A stretch of DNA of 63,864 bases, filler included, from Reticulomyxa filosa (lineage: Eukaryota > Protista > Foraminifera), in assembly GCA_000512085.1 (NCBI GenBank). It is 20 parts of 20 records of this genome, joined end to end, with 100 filler letters (N's around TTAATTAATTAA, not from the genome) between each part and the next. Parts side by side here need not be neighbours in the genome. Positions count along the whole stretch, not along the records: positions 50,088 to 51,646 come from ASPP01035362.1; positions 51,747 to 53,446 come from ASPP01004456.1; positions 53,547 to 55,287 come from ASPP01007720.1; positions 55,388 to 62,745 come from ASPP01012313.1; positions 62,846 to 63,864 come from ASPP01028182.1; 15 more parts are not named here. The stretch is one strand, 5' to 3'. This document shows positions 51,111 through 63,864 of this stretch, in pieces. How positions within the stretch are numbered: the first letter of the stretch is position 1; every line of letters starts with the position of its first letter. A program made the translations under genes and the position numbers. The notes under the pieces are model-generated. The model ran no database searches. It was not told the DNA's origin and was given only the letters and a program-made list of their open reading frames with translations.

Positions 51111-51746
51111 GTTTACTGTTAATTTAGAATGTTTTTAATTCGATACAATTGATGAGATTGAAAATAAACTTCTATTCAAAAGGATCAACTTCATGCTGCA
51201 TGGCGTCAGGCATTGAATTTTAATAAATCTCACTTTTTGAAATTAATTTTATTCTTAGATTATTGTAGAATGTGACTGATGTTCCATTTTACGTTATCCA
51301 TTTATGAATTAACTGTTGTTATCTTTTCACATTTAAAAAAACAAAGACAATGATAAAAAGATTTCACAGTATATATTCAAACATCAATCGATTTTGGTCA
51401 TACAATTTAATTTTTTTTAATTTGGAGAAGGTAACTTTCTAACATGCATTTTTTTTAAGTACAAAAATGAGTCGATCAAAAGTTGGTTTTTTCACTTCAA
51501 TTTTTATTTCATGGTTTTACTTTCAAAACAAGACTGAGAAAAAAGTAAGATTAGAAGGAGTTTCCCTGCCAAAGCCGGATTGGACCCGATCTAGAGCCAT
51601 AACATAGCATGTTTGCGCAGTATTTCTCCCCAGTCTGTTTTTCTGANNNNNNNNNNNNNNNNNNNNNNNNNNNNNNNNNNNNNNNNNNNNTTAATTAATT
51701 AANNNNNNNNNNNNNNNNNNNNNNNNNNNNNNNNNNNNNNNNNNNN

Positions 51747-52618
51747 TGTCTTGGCATCGTGGTCTTGTTGTTGTTGTTGTTGTTGTTGTTCGCATTAAAT
51801 AGTCCCCGTATTGGAGGAGGGCTCTCTTTCACAGTATCACTGAGAGACCATCGAAAGGACAATGCCTTGCGTCTTCTCTCATTGTCATTATTGCCACTGC
51901 TACTGCTACTGCTATTGCTACTGCTACTGCTACTGCTACTGCTACTGCTGTTAATGGTGGAACCGGATGTTGTGGAAGATGAATGACAGTGGAATAGGTT
52001 TCACAAATGACCACCTTTTCTTCTCCTTGATGGAGGGTTTCTCGATCGTTGTTGCCTTGTGGCTCATCTCGGAGGATATCTTCATCGACGCTAATGGCAA
52101 TATCGCGACTGTCTTGCTTTTGTCGATCGCGATTGCGTATCATCTCTCTGCGACGCTCTGATTCAAAGTCGCGCTGGACTTCGTTAAGGGTTTCGTGGAA
52201 AAAGCCGGGATGGATGTCTTGCGAGTTCGTATCGTGAATTTTGCTTTCAATCGACTCGCCCAGTGACGATGGCGATGACGATGACGATGACAATGACGAT
52301 GTGGTGGACTCACCCCATTTGGGTACGAAATGAAACGACCCACGAATACATTGCTCGTTTCCCCAAATCAATATTGGCATCGGACTATTGCGTGAGCAGT
52401 CCACGACGTGTACGCAGTCGACAGATAACACCAAGCTACGATACGTGTGATCCCCACTCCATTCCATTTTCGTGCTCTTTGGCATCCATGGCACTAGTGC
52501 ATGACCCTCCACTTTCCCAACTCGCAATTCTGCAAAAGGGTAGCATGTTACTGCGTAACTTCGACTCCTTTCAATAAATAATATACTTATATATGTCGAT
52601 ATATTTATTTAGATATAC

Positions 52619-52652
<34 letters not shown>

Positions 52653-53446
52653 GTATATGCACGACACAAAAAACATAAAACGCTCAAAAATACCGAACGG
52701 CTGGGATTTGATACAAAGTGGCGCGCGAATGTGAAGATCTGTCATCTGCATTTATTTATTTATTTATTTAAAAAACGTATTTGTTTTTATAATATTATCG
52801 ATATAAAAAAGTGTGAATAGAACCTCGGAAGCTGTGACTGCGACTGTACGTGTAAGCGACGGAAGAGGCTGGACTGAGCGTGGTTTTGGACTTGCGTTTG
52901 TTTGAAAAGTGATGACTACGCAGGACGACGGGGTTGGAACTGGCGGTGTCTCGACTGTTGACCAGCGTGACCACAATGGATGGAATGGTCATTTTGATCA
53001 AGCACGTCCGAGTGGGACTCTCCATCAAAGACGATGACAACGTCGCTGTCTCTTCCTTCTCTTGTCCGCCAGAGTTGCTAGAATTGGATGTGATCCACGA
53101 CACCCACGAAAACCACCCACCACCCCCATCGGATGTTCCCGTTGTTGCTGTCGGTGTGTTCATTACAGACGTTCCTGTAGATGCTGTTGTTGAGACCGAC
53201 GCCGAAGAGGACGACGACGATGACGACGACGACGACGAGGATGCAGACGTCGTCGTGATCACATTTGTTGTCGTTGCAACTGCAGAGACTGCCGCAGTTG
53301 ATGCGGACGTGGCCGTAGCGGAAGATGGGATGATCATTGTGCCATTGTCAGGAGTCACACCAGAGCCTGTGTTGGACGTTGTTGCGATAGAGGCAATTGG
53401 ATTCGACGTGGTGGTTGATGTGATGAGTGTAGACGAGACTTTAGAC
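51747..53446 (-). CDS. Internal fragment of a large Ser/Thr-rich protein, possibly VPS13-like
   Basis: IKMTIPSIVVTLVNS and LVLSVDCVHVVDCSRNSPMPILI resemble VPS13 beta-groove strands. Long S/T low-complexity inserts are present. Confidence 0.35.
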
Positions 53447-53727
53447 NNNNNNNNNNNNNNNNNNNNNNNNNNNNNNNNNNNNNNNNNNNNTTAATTAATT
53501 AANNNNNNNNNNNNNNNNNNNNNNNNNNNNNNNNNNNNNNNNNNNNAATAAAAACAGGAGGAAATAAGAAAACACCGATAAAAAAAAAATGATTGAAAAA
53601 TCAAGTGGATGAATGTTTTATTCTGCGACGAGGTGGATCAAAAAACCAAGTCAAGTGATGGGAGTGAGGGGGCGAGTAATAACTATTTTGCCAACGTGCA
53701 CAACAAAGCAAGTAACATTCGTTGGGT

Positions 53728-55218
53728 TTATTTTGCGTAAGAGGCTTTTTTTCTGAGACTGCTGGAAGACGACAGAAAAGGCTGTTGGTTCCATATTTTC
53801 TTTAATGTGGAGTCTGAGTTGGAAAGCTGGTCATTTTGCACACGAAGCAAGACATGTTGTTCGTTGTCGTTGTCATTGCCATGATCCTTATGATTATGAT
53901 TCGCGGTAAAGATAAGAGGGGACGGTGGCGTTTTGCAAGTGTGACAGCAGCAACAACAGCAGCAGACACAACAGAGCCACAACAAAGGGTCGACTCCAAA
54001 CTTGCGAAACCAATAAAAGCGGAAGATCATGGAGCAAGCCTTGCATCCGTAGTAGCACACAAACAGCAGTGTGTGGCAGAATACCAATGAGATAGCCACA
54101 CAAATGAGCCAATAATATTCCACATGCTCAATCTTGGATGCAAACGATCTGCCCAGCACCGAGTTTTCGAATAACACACTCGTCAGCTCACTTTTCGTTT
54201 CGTTCCTTTGGCGTGTCAATGCCATTTCTGTCGACACTGTTTCAAAGCAAGCAAAGCCAAACAAAATAGAGCCAAACAAAATAGAGCCAAATATCAAATG
54301 GACTTTTAAAAACAAACAAACAAATAAACAAACAATAATTAAAATAAATATGTTCTGGGATCGCATTTGCATGGCAGTACTGTTGGACGACAGACTCATA
54401 TCCATTTGTGGCATGATTGGCTTGGTAATGAGATGCAACGGATAGCATCTCGGGAAATGATGGACTTGCCACATCAATAGCAGGCCCATGAACAGGATCC
54501 ACGCAAAGAGCAGTAAGTCGACCCACAGGCGACACAAACGAGGCAAATGGTAGTGCATTTTCATCACGTACTGTCTCGTCAGCAAGTCATTTCGAATCAC
54601 GCTTTTATCCGCCGCGAACGCGGTATTCAGATGTTTTGCATACTCTGGAGTCACCACTTCGGTGTTTGGTCCATATCCGAAAGACGACACTTGTTGATTT
54701 CCGCCCTCTCCTACTCCTGTTCCTGTTCCTATTCCTGTTCCTGTTCCTGTTCCTATTCCACTTCCTCCTCCACTTCCTCCCACTCCTCCGAAACTGCTAC
54801 GGAAAATGGAGGCCAGCCGAAGATGCGGCTGTGTCCGCGTCTGTTCCGACGCCTCCGCAAATGTGTTTGCACTGGTGGTCCGTCGACGACTCATCCACGT
54901 GGTTGAGGAATTACGATTACCATTGCCGCTGATGCCGACGTTGATGTTGAGATTGCTGGGTCCCCATTCGCCGTCCAACTCGGACGTTTGGTGGGGGAGA
55001 CACGACACGATTCCGCTTGACACAGGCAAAGGGGCGGACGACGACACAGGCGCATGCGTGGATAGCTGGCGATTGAGCAGCGCGTGATGCTCCAATGACA
55101 TCACGTTGCTCAGTCCCACTCGGATATTTGCATTCGAAATGCAATAGCGATCCAAACGAGCGTTCGGCAATAGTTGAACAATCAACAGCCCTTCGGCACT
55201 GATCGACTTTAGTCGTAC
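53728..55218 (-). CDS. Hypothetical multi-pass membrane protein, 5'-partial
   Basis: 485-codon frame with (GT)n peptide repeats, TM segments and a poly-Cys juxtamembrane stretch. It probably contains an in-frame intron at about 54230-54440. Confidence 0.55.
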   Translation of the reverse strand, partial: VRLKSISAEGLLIVQLLPNARLDRYCISNANIRVGLSNVMSLEHHALLNRQLSTHAPVSSSAPLPVSSGIVSCLPHQTSELDGEWGPSNLNINVGISGNGNRNSSTTWMSRRRTTSANTFAEASEQTRTQPHLRLASIFRSSFGGVGGSGGGSGIGTGTGTGIGTGTGVGEGGNQQVSSFGYGPNTEVVTPEYAKHLNTAFAADKSVIRNDLLTRQYVMKMHYHLPRLCRLWVDLLLFAWILFMGLLLMWQVHHFPRCYPLHLITKPIMPQMDMSLSSNSTAMQMRSQNIFILIIVCLFVCLFLKVHLIFGSILFGSILFGFACFETVSTEMALTRQRNETKSELTSVLFENSVLGRSFASKIEHVEYYWLICVAISLVFCHTLLFVCYYGCKACSMIFRFYWFRKFGVDPLLWLCCVCCCCCCCHTCKTPPSPLIFTANHNHKDHGNDNDNEQHVLLRVQNDQLSNSDSTLKKIWNQQPFLSSSSSLRKKASYAK

Positions 55219-55387
55219 CTAAGCAATGCGAATAGATTAAATAAATAAATATATACATATATATATATATATATATTATAATATATANNNNNNNNNNNNN
55301 NNNNNNNNNNNNNNNNNNNNNNNNNNNNNNNTTAATTAATTAANNNNNNNNNNNNNNNNNNNNNNNNNNNNNNNNNNNNNNNNNNNN

Positions 55388-56513
55388 ATTTCGTCCCCTT
55401 TTTTTTTTTTTGCGTTCATTCGTCCTATTATCATCTCCCATTCAAGATTAGGAAAATAAAAGCAAGAGAACAAACCTGGAAACGGTGCATCAATATGGGT
55501 TTGCAAAATAGCAGTGAGCGTTGCATCCAAATAGTTGAGCTCAGATTTGGCCAGATACAAGTTGTTGACAGGAAACATTTTTCCACGCAGTGTGAATGTC
55601 TTGGCATCGTTGAAGTAACCGACAAACTTTTCGACTTCTAATGTCGCACTCATCGCAATCACTTTCAACGGGTTGTCCGACCATCTCTTTTCTTGGATTT
55701 GTTTGATCAATCCAAACAACACATCTGTGTGTAATGTTCTATTTGTTTTGGTTCGCATTTTTTTTTTTTGGGTCTAGCTTTGTCCATCATGTCTCAACCT
55801 TGACACATGTGCACAAACATTCACTTCAATACAAATAAAATTTTTTTTTAACATGCCGTTCATGTGCTTCATCTAAAATTACAATGTCATACTTCTTAAG
55901 TAATGGATCAGCCATACATTCTCGAACTAACATTACTTTTTTTTTTTTTAATATAACACATACATATGCTATATTTGTATAAACATTAAAAAAAAACAAA
56001 AAACATATCTCCTCGTGTTACATCTTACCCATCTGTTAAATAAGTAATCTTGGTACTTGGTGTCGTGGTATTATCAAAGCGTACGTGATAACCTATTAAT
56101 GTTCCCACATTGACGCCCATTTCGAGAGACACTCTTTGTGCGATGCTCGTTGCTGCCACTCTTCTTGGCTGAGTAATTGCGATTCGATTTCGTTCGAACC
56201 CCCAATGAGAATGCAAAAACTGTGGCAATTGGGTTGACTTTCCTGAACCAGTCGGACCAATGATTATCACATTGTTGTTATGCTTTACTAGCTCTCCCAA
56301 CGGTTTTTTTACTTTGGCTATTGGCAAACTTTCTCTCACCGGATCGAGTTTTTGTTTTTGTTTTAGTAGCTCGTTTTTGCTCAGTTTTGTAAACCCATGT
56401 CCCTCTGTACTTCGTGTTAGCACTATGGGGGTTGACTTTGCTTCAGTTGGATCATCTGTGAATGATATTATTGGCTTTTTACTTTCTAAATTCTTTTGCG
56501 ATTCAGCAGACAT
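55388..56513 (-). CDS. DHX33: DEAH-box RNA helicase, DHX33/Dhr2-like, 3'-partial
   Basis: GPTGSGKSTQLPQ, TQPRRVAA, GYHVRF, TDG, DEAHER|TLHTDVLFG and PLKVIAMSATL. Confidence 0.85.
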
Positions 56514-56819
56514 TGATTCTTTAACTTTTGTGAACTACTCCATTCTCTTTTTTTTCGATAGGTTACAAAAATACGTCATACAAATTTTAAAAACAATCTT
56601 TATTTGAAGTGATTTTATACAAAAAAATTAACTTTAATTAATAATTTTAGTACAACATGTTTCTTCGCAGTACAATTACACAACAGTTATGACCACAGTC
56701 AAGTTGATTAATGAATACGAGTAATTTGAAAAGGACAATGTGCAACGCAAGCAACACTTTTGAAGTTTTGGGAAACGTTACTTTGAAAGACGCAAAAGGA
56801 AGAAAAATAATTTGCAAAT

Positions 56820-58971
56820 ATGAGCAGCTCAGAGAAAGAAAAACCAATTGTTGTGTGTGGAGGTGGACTGACAGGTTGCTGCGTTGCTCTTGTTCTAGCA
56901 AAGCGCTTCCCTAAAGGTAATTTGGAGATATTTTGTGTAAAAAAGGCAAAAAAAAACGAAAAAACCTGATTTTTTTGTGTCATGAAAAATATTGTAAATA
57001 AAAATGGTAGACAAAATAATTGTACTGGAATTTAGAGAAGATTATCGCCAAGAGCTGTCCAAAATTGCGAAAGTTGAATTATATAACCCAAAAAAAAAAA
57101 AGTGAAATGAAGAAAAGTTTGTGACGAACAGGTGACAGATGGAGAGTTTGGACAATTGACTGATGTCATCCGACGTTCCATCAATTTGGCACTATCTTAT
57201 CGAGGAATTTGTGGTTTGAAAATGGCTGGACTGTTAAGTGGCGACAAGAGTACGTGTGTGACAAAAAGGAAAAGATTTGGGAACATTTGTTATAGTACAG
57301 CACTTTTTTCCCCCGTTCTAAAATTGTTCCCTTCTTCAAAAAAAAAAAAAAGGTACGATGATCTCGTTAAACAAGGCCAATTGATTTTGATGCAAGGGCG
57401 ATATATTCATGATGCAGATGGGTCTGTTAATGCACAGCCTTACGGACAAGAACACGAGGTATTGTTTGTTTGTATTGGTAGGTTTGATGATGATTAAGAG
57501 TTTGATACCGTATGAATGCAATAGGGGATCTATTCAGTGTCTCGACTCACGTTGAATTGCCTGTTCTTGGACAAGGTTAGAAGTTGTGTTTGTGTTTGGT
57601 TTGTGTGGGTTGAAAGTAAAGTACGTTGCGTAACAGATCGAGTCCTTTGAGAACGTAACAATTCGATTTAATTGCAAAATCCGTCGTGTTACAGATGAAC
57701 CTGCAGTTGTATTTACCAAGTTGAAAAGTGGTGCAGAGGCAGAGGGTCAAACAGAGACCATCCAAGCGAAATTTGTTGTCGGTGCTGATGGAGGTATGCC
57801 GAACAAAACAACAAACAAACAAGAATTACAGAATGTATAACACATAATTAAACCACCAAATAACAATTTGTAACCTATTTAGCATTTTCGACAGTTCGTG
57901 AGTCATTGTCACGAATGCATCGATTTGACAATGCGATTAAATATATCGCTCATGGATACAAAGAATTGACATTATACCCTCGCAATGTTATTGCACTGTG
58001 TTTCTATTTATAGAAAAAAAAAAAACATGCAGTAAATAAGATATATTAGTTTCATTTCATTGAATTGAAAGAGTGATACATGACACATAATATATGATAA
58101 ATATAGGGCAAGTTTGCTATGCCGGAAAATTATTTGCACATATGGCCGAGACATCAGTTTATGCTGATCGGACTTCCAAATCCCGACAAGTCTTTCACAT
58201 GCACGTTGTTTGCCCCTTTTGAAAGTGATTGCAAGGAAGGATTGGACGATTTGACCACAAAAGAGGCCATTGTTCGTTATTTCGAAAAGCACTTCCCCGA
58301 CTTTGTGAAATTGTGCCCCGACTATGTCGAACAGTGCCTGGAGAATCCTTCCAGTCCTTTGGCTCATGTCCACTTAAATCCCTGGCATTTCAAAGACAAA
58401 GTCGTTGTCATGGGAGATGCTGCTCACGCTGTCGTCCCGTTTTACGGCCAAGGGATGAACTGCTGTTTGGAAGACTGTGTCATTTTTGATGAATTGCTAG
58501 AAAAACATAACAATGACATCAAAACGGTCTTCCACGAATTTTCTCGACTTCGACAGCCTTCTACTGAAGGATTGGCGCATCTGTCGTTGGAAAATTATGT
58601 GGAAATGAGGTCTCTCACTGCACAACGTTGGTTTGTGTACAAGAAGAAATTGGAACAAGTTAACTTTTGCATTTTTTGCTTCTTTTTCATGTTTTTGTAG
58701 CCATATTTGTGATATTTTTGTTGTGGAACAGTTTTTGAATTGGGTTGCACCGAAAACTTGGATCCCTCTTTATTCAATGGTTGCCTTTACGCGTATTCCC
58801 TATCATCACGCTATTGAGAGGGCCAACAAACAAGATCATTATCTCAATATTTTTGTGGGTTTGACTGGAGCTGTGGCTGTCACTGGAGCGGCTTATCTTT
58901 TAAATCGACGCTTTCATGCTTTGGATTACGTTAAAAAATCATGGATCCCAGCAAACTTACCTGGAAAATAA
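56820..58971 (+). CDS. KMO: Kynurenine 3-monooxygenase, 9 exons
   Basis: GGGLTG (FAD binding), RSINLALSYRG, M.GR.IH, QPYG, VGADGAFS.VR, HGYKEL, LHIWPR..FMLIGLPNPDKSFTCTLF, GDAAHAVVPFYGQGMN and WIPLYSMVAFTRIPY. Confidence 0.96.
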
Positions 58972-59488
58972 TACAACAAATGAAAATTGGTGTTTTTTTT
59001 TCTTTAGTGACTTTTCCTTTTGACCGTCCTTTTTCGCAAGATGTGATTTCGAAGTTTTTGAAAGAATGTAGGGCATAATGCCAACAAAACCACTGACATT
59101 TTCACTACAATTTGCTATCTCATTGCAAATGTCTTGTTCGTAAAATGTAATACTAAAAAATATCAACAGTCAAGTTTGATTAAGACGTACAAAATTCAAC
59201 AAGAAAGTGGAAAACTGTAGATAAAGATTATAAGTTTTATTGGTTTGTTTTTAGAGGGGACAGGGAAGAAGAAAAGACAGAATAATAAACCTTTCAAAAG
59301 ATCAAACATTTACTAATTCAAATTTTTCAGGTTGAGTATTTATTCTCCTTTGCTTCCTTGGTAACGTCTTTACTCAAGGACAGCACAAAAACCCTGACCT
59401 GCACCATCATGTGAAACGAGTTGAAGTTGTGATTTGAAAAATAGTCAGTGTATTCGTCTCCAACGTGAATTAACGTTACTCGATAGCA

Positions 59489-60356
59489 ATGTCCGAAGAG
59501 GTGTGTAAGTCGGTTTGTTTTTTATTGTTTGCGTTTTGCAGAAATATTGCGACAAGATATTGCATGTGGACTATATCAGAAAGCGGACGAGCCAAAAAAA
59601 ACGCCAATAACCCTCCCAAAAAATGTGGAAGTGCTGAAATCACGAGCGGTCAACAGTTTATTCACAGTGATTCGTAACAAGAACACACAGAATGAAGAGT
59701 ACGTACATTATGCAGATCGACTATGTCACATATTGGCCGAAGAAGGATTAGCGCGATTATGCGATGAGAGCGATGTGTCTACAATCGAAACTCCTTGTGG
59801 AAAATGGGTAGGTCCAACAATCATCAACCCATCGAGCGTTGCAATAATTAGTGTAATGCGAAGCGGCGACATTTTGTTGGAAGCGGTGCGAAAGATATGT
59901 CGGGGTGCGCATATCGGCAAAATACTGATTCAAAGAAATGAAGCGTCTTCTGACAAATCGGCTGTCCATTACTACACAAAACTGCCAAAAAACCTCAATA
60001 ATTACAAGGTGATTTTGGTTGACCCCATGTTGGCAACTGGTGGGAGTGCAAAAAGCGCTGTTTCCATTTTGAAAAAAGTTGTGTGTCTGTCCATTGTGTA
60101 TGTGCACTCAATACTTTTAGATAAGTCGTTTTTTAACAAAGAGACCTTGTTTGATGTTAAACTCTAGCATGGTGTTCAAGAGGAACAAATTTTGTTCTTG
60201 AATTGCATTAGTGCTCCAGAGGGCTTAGAGGCCATGTACCAAGCCTATCCAAGTGTCCGAATACTCACGTGCGCGGTGGATGAAAAACTCAATGACGAAA
60301 AATTTATTGTGCCAGGACTGGGAGATTTTGGAGATCGTTATTATAGAACCCATTGA
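59489..60356 (+). CDS. UPRT: Uracil phosphoribosyltransferase, 3 exons
   Basis: LFTVIRNK, YADRL..ILAEEGL, SVMRSG, IGKILIQR, PRPP motif LVDPMLATGGSA and FIVPGLGDFGDRYY. Confidence 0.96.
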
Positions 60357-60701
60357 AAGAAGAGAGAAAAAGGATAATCCTAACTTTCACTTTTAGTGGA
60401 GAGATAAAAAATTCTTGAAAAATAATCGAATTAAATTGCATATATAATTATCATCAAAAAAATAATTTTGATGCTCTTTTTTTCATTTTCTTGACAACTG
60501 CAAAACTCTACAATTATTAAAATACAACGTCTAGTTGATAGTAAAGCCTTTGCAAGGGAGGATACGTTGCCCGGCTTTTTTTGAACTTTTTAGTTTGTAA
60601 AGGGTCAAATAAGAAACAAAAAACCTATACGATAACTAATATGACGCAATGTCCTGGTAATTTAGATTTTATCTTATCTATAATTTTTAAATTTTTTCAA
60701 T

Positions 60702-61883
60702 ATGGAAACTGTTGGTTTTGATCTTGAGACAGTCGGAAAAGAAAATGTTTCGTTAGTAGTGTACGACTTTGATCAAACTATAACTTGTGATCATTTGTAC
60801 CGTCGATTGGACGGAGGTAGCACTTCGATTTTTACAAGTTCTTTTTCGTGCTTGAGAGGAGGTTAAAATAGAGCTTGAAAAAGGAAAAAAAAATGAAAAA
60901 AAGGTCAATTGGATGAGTTGTCGAAGATGTCAAATGAAACATTGTTGGAAGTGTTCGGAGGTGAGAATCGTTTGAGACGCTTGCACTTGCACTTTGAACG
61001 AGTGAAATCCCGAGCAATCATAGCAATAGTTTCATATGGATATACATGTGTCATAAGAAAAGCATTGGAGAGAGCCGGACTGAGTGAGCATTGGAACAAT
61101 TGCACAATTGTTGGTTGCGATTCCAAGGAATTGACACGAGCAGGTGGTCAAAAAGCAAAGATCATTGAGCAATTAAAACGAAGATATCATTTGACATCGG
61201 ACAAAGTAAAGCGAACAAATAGTGTGTATATACGAGAGACACTCTCATACGCATACATAAATGAGGAGACTATATAAGTAGTTTTTTTTCTCAGCCATGA
61301 AAACAAAAAAAAAACAAAGGCCTTATTCGTTGATGATGATCCGATCAATATCCATCAAGCCAACACGATAAATTGCAGCCATACATTAGGAATCATACCC
61401 CGTCGTGGGATGACAGAAAAGCATATGATCGACATCGAGCAACGGACAGGAGTGTGGCAAGACTGTGAGGATAACGTGTCCCATAGCAATCCACAAGTTC
61501 TCGTAATACCGTCTCTATCACCAACTGATATGACATTGCCTTCTTCTTCTATTGCCATGGATCGAGGTCAAGGAAATTGCACCATTGGTCGGTTCAAAGA
61601 TACCAATAAAATTGAGACATGTGGAGATTTTTCTTGTCATGATGGTCGCAATTCTAAGGCAAACAATACCACCCCTCGATCTCGAACGGATTGGTCCAGG
61701 TTTGCTGTCACCGTTCCAAAGTACTTAGAGAAAATATGGGATGCTTCATATCAAGAACACTTGTTGTGCAGTTTTCAGCACAGCCCTGTTGTTCTTATTA
61801 ATTCCGATACTATTGATAGTGATAACGATGATATTCCGACGCTTAAGTTACCACCGGAAATGTCATCCTTGAATCACATTTAA
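60702..61883 (+). CDS. HAD-superfamily phosphatase-like protein with a long polar C-terminal tail, 3 exons
   Basis: Motif I VVYDFDQT, motif II AIVSYG, motif III Lys (QKAKII) and motif IV LFVDDD..NI. Confidence 0.8.
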
Positions 61884-63864
61884 AATCAAACAAACGAAAT
61901 AAATGTATTCATGCATGTATGTGTACACATTTTTTTGATTAAGAAGAAGGCCAACCAGAAATAAGTGAGAGTTTTTTTGTATTTACTTGTTTCTTGGTTG
62001 GTATGTTTTTTGGTTGCTTTCTTTCCTGTCTCTTCGATGGGCTGTGGTTCAATCTTTTTTTTTTGGGTTGATTTCATTAAATATTATTCTTCATTTTACG
62101 AAAATATCGAGACTGACATCTATTTGTTTTACTTATTCCAAGGAATCTTTTCTACTTCTTTTAGAAAATCACAAATAGACGTCCGTTATACTTGTAGCTT
62201 TGGGATGCCAAATCCTTTTGGTTATGGGACGGTTATTTTAAATTAAAAATTGAAGCCCAAAAAGAACGGAAAAATAACATATATCATTAATAGAATAAAC
62301 ATTTTCACGTTGCTATCCTTTTCGTGAATTATAAATTAATTTTTAGGCAAAAAATCAGATATTTTTAAAATTTTTATTGTGAATTGGTCACAAATGGTTA
62401 TTCTGTCACAATTACAAAATCCAAAAAATTTAATCACAAACATAATAAAGACTAATAAAGTTTGCAATACTCTTTCATATCAACAATATTTGTTTATTAA
62501 CCAAAACAAAAAAAAAGATTGTTCACTAAATTCTTTCAGTTTTTTTAAAATTACAAATTTGTCGATTTTTTAACCATTTAAAAAAGTGCGAAATTCTGAA
62601 TTTTTTTGCACTTTGACGAAATTTTCATTCCGATTCGTTACACTCGGATTTGCGCCTATTGAAAAAAAAAACAAAGTGTTTGACAGTAAAAAAGAAAGAC
62701 AAAAAAAGAAGAAAAAATAGGTCAGACAAAAATTTGATATCCCCANNNNNNNNNNNNNNNNNNNNNNNNNNNNNNNNNNNNNNNNNNNNTTAATTAATTA
62801 ANNNNNNNNNNNNNNNNNNNNNNNNNNNNNNNNNNNNNNNNNNNNAAAACAACAATAAATTAATTTTAAATTGCTTATAAAAAAAGACACTAATAAATGT
62901 TTAACTTCAATGGCTTTGAGAAAGTTTTGCTCTTCATCGATTTTGATAACTACGCATACATAATCTTGGTAAAAGGCGTGTGCGTGTCGCACTCCAAGAG
63001 ATCCATTGTATTGATTCTTTTCATCCACGTTGTCTCTATTGACTGGACAAATCTTGCTCCTCACGATAAGGTTCATACTTTTTTGATCAATACGTTGTTA
63101 TCGTCGTTATCTCCTTTTCATTATGATTCATTGTTGTTTATCGCATTGCTACTATTGATCACACGTTTTTTTCCCTCTGATCTTTCGTTTCTCTTTTTCT
63201 ATCCATCCCATTTAAACCTAAAGTAAAGCATTTCACAATGAAAGAGTCTATGTTCACATTGTTTTGTGGATATATATATATGACACAAGCAACATACATT
63301 CTTATCAATCTTCATTCTTCATTTCTCAATTGGCTTTCTATCTTCTTTTTGTTTTCTATGCCTCTTTTTCTCCATTGTCTTGATGTTGTGATTGCACAAT
63401 GTGTATAATTGCAAGAAATATTTTCTGTGGATTATGCATCCACTTGAATACTTCCCACATTTTCTAAAAATACAATCACATTTTACATCATCACAACTCC
63501 GGGTAAGTCCATCTTTTTGTTCTTATCTTAAGTTATATCGATTGTATGGATTGATTTATAAGTTTACCACGAAGCAATCCGCTTTTGAGATGTACTTGCG
63601 ATATTTATGAAGAGAGAGAGACGACTGCGTTCTGTCGATAGACATGGATTCACATTGTCCCACTCCATCTTCTAATGTGATCGACGATGATAACTGTGGC
63701 TTATCTCTCGAGATATCAATGGGCCAATTTGTTAAGCAGTTCCCAAAATTGCTTAGCATAATTCAATTCATTTGTTTGTTAGACGTTCCCACATGCAGTT
63801 GTATTTAAATCGTTTTCCAAACATATGCCTTTATCCAATGGAAGCAGTGTTATAATAAATTGGT

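Noticed and set aside
55925-55950. DEAH helicase intron 1 acceptor is one base out of phase (AAAG-TA-ATG)
   Set aside because: It sits next to a long homopolymer and is most simply a sequencing indel, not a non-canonical acceptor.
62846-63864. Cys-spaced minus-strand fragments resembling an RBR/RING ligase
   Set aside because: Too many stops, and the motif spacing is incomplete, so a call is not supportable.

Overview
The window is not one continuous locus. It is 20 short draft-assembly contigs joined by 19 artificial 100-bp spacers (N44-TTAATTAATTAA-N44). Nineteen contigs come from an AT-rich, intron-rich protist. The WD40 and caspase-like family motifs, the many pseudogenes and the microsatellite-rich introns suggest a foraminiferan such as Reticulomyxa filosa, but this is an inference. 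One contig (26531-27745) is a GC-rich bacterial ugpA/ugpE fragment. By splicing exons by hand I recognised plastin/fimbrin, Sec3, ABCE1, WD40, VIT-vWA, carboxylesterase, SKP1-like, 7TM, RPN11, PUB-domain, Cdc25-like, DHX33-like, KMO, UPRT and HAD-phosphatase genes. There are also decayed LINE pieces, a TA-flanked MITE and a family of palindromic repeats. Best candidates for new biology: (1) a 6-exon secreted protein, invisible in the ORF track, with an N-terminal His-brace, LPMO/X325-like copper-site signature (32341-33170); (2) an unusual splice grammar with mostly GTT donors, GC donors, and poly(A) instead of polypyrimidine tracts at many acceptors, some folded into hairpins; (3) a dispersed long-hairpin element showing a compensatory base-pair change; (4) a roughly 120-aa charged insertion in the ABCE1 hinge. 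Single-base homopolymer indels are frequent, so I treat frameshifts mainly as sequencing errors.
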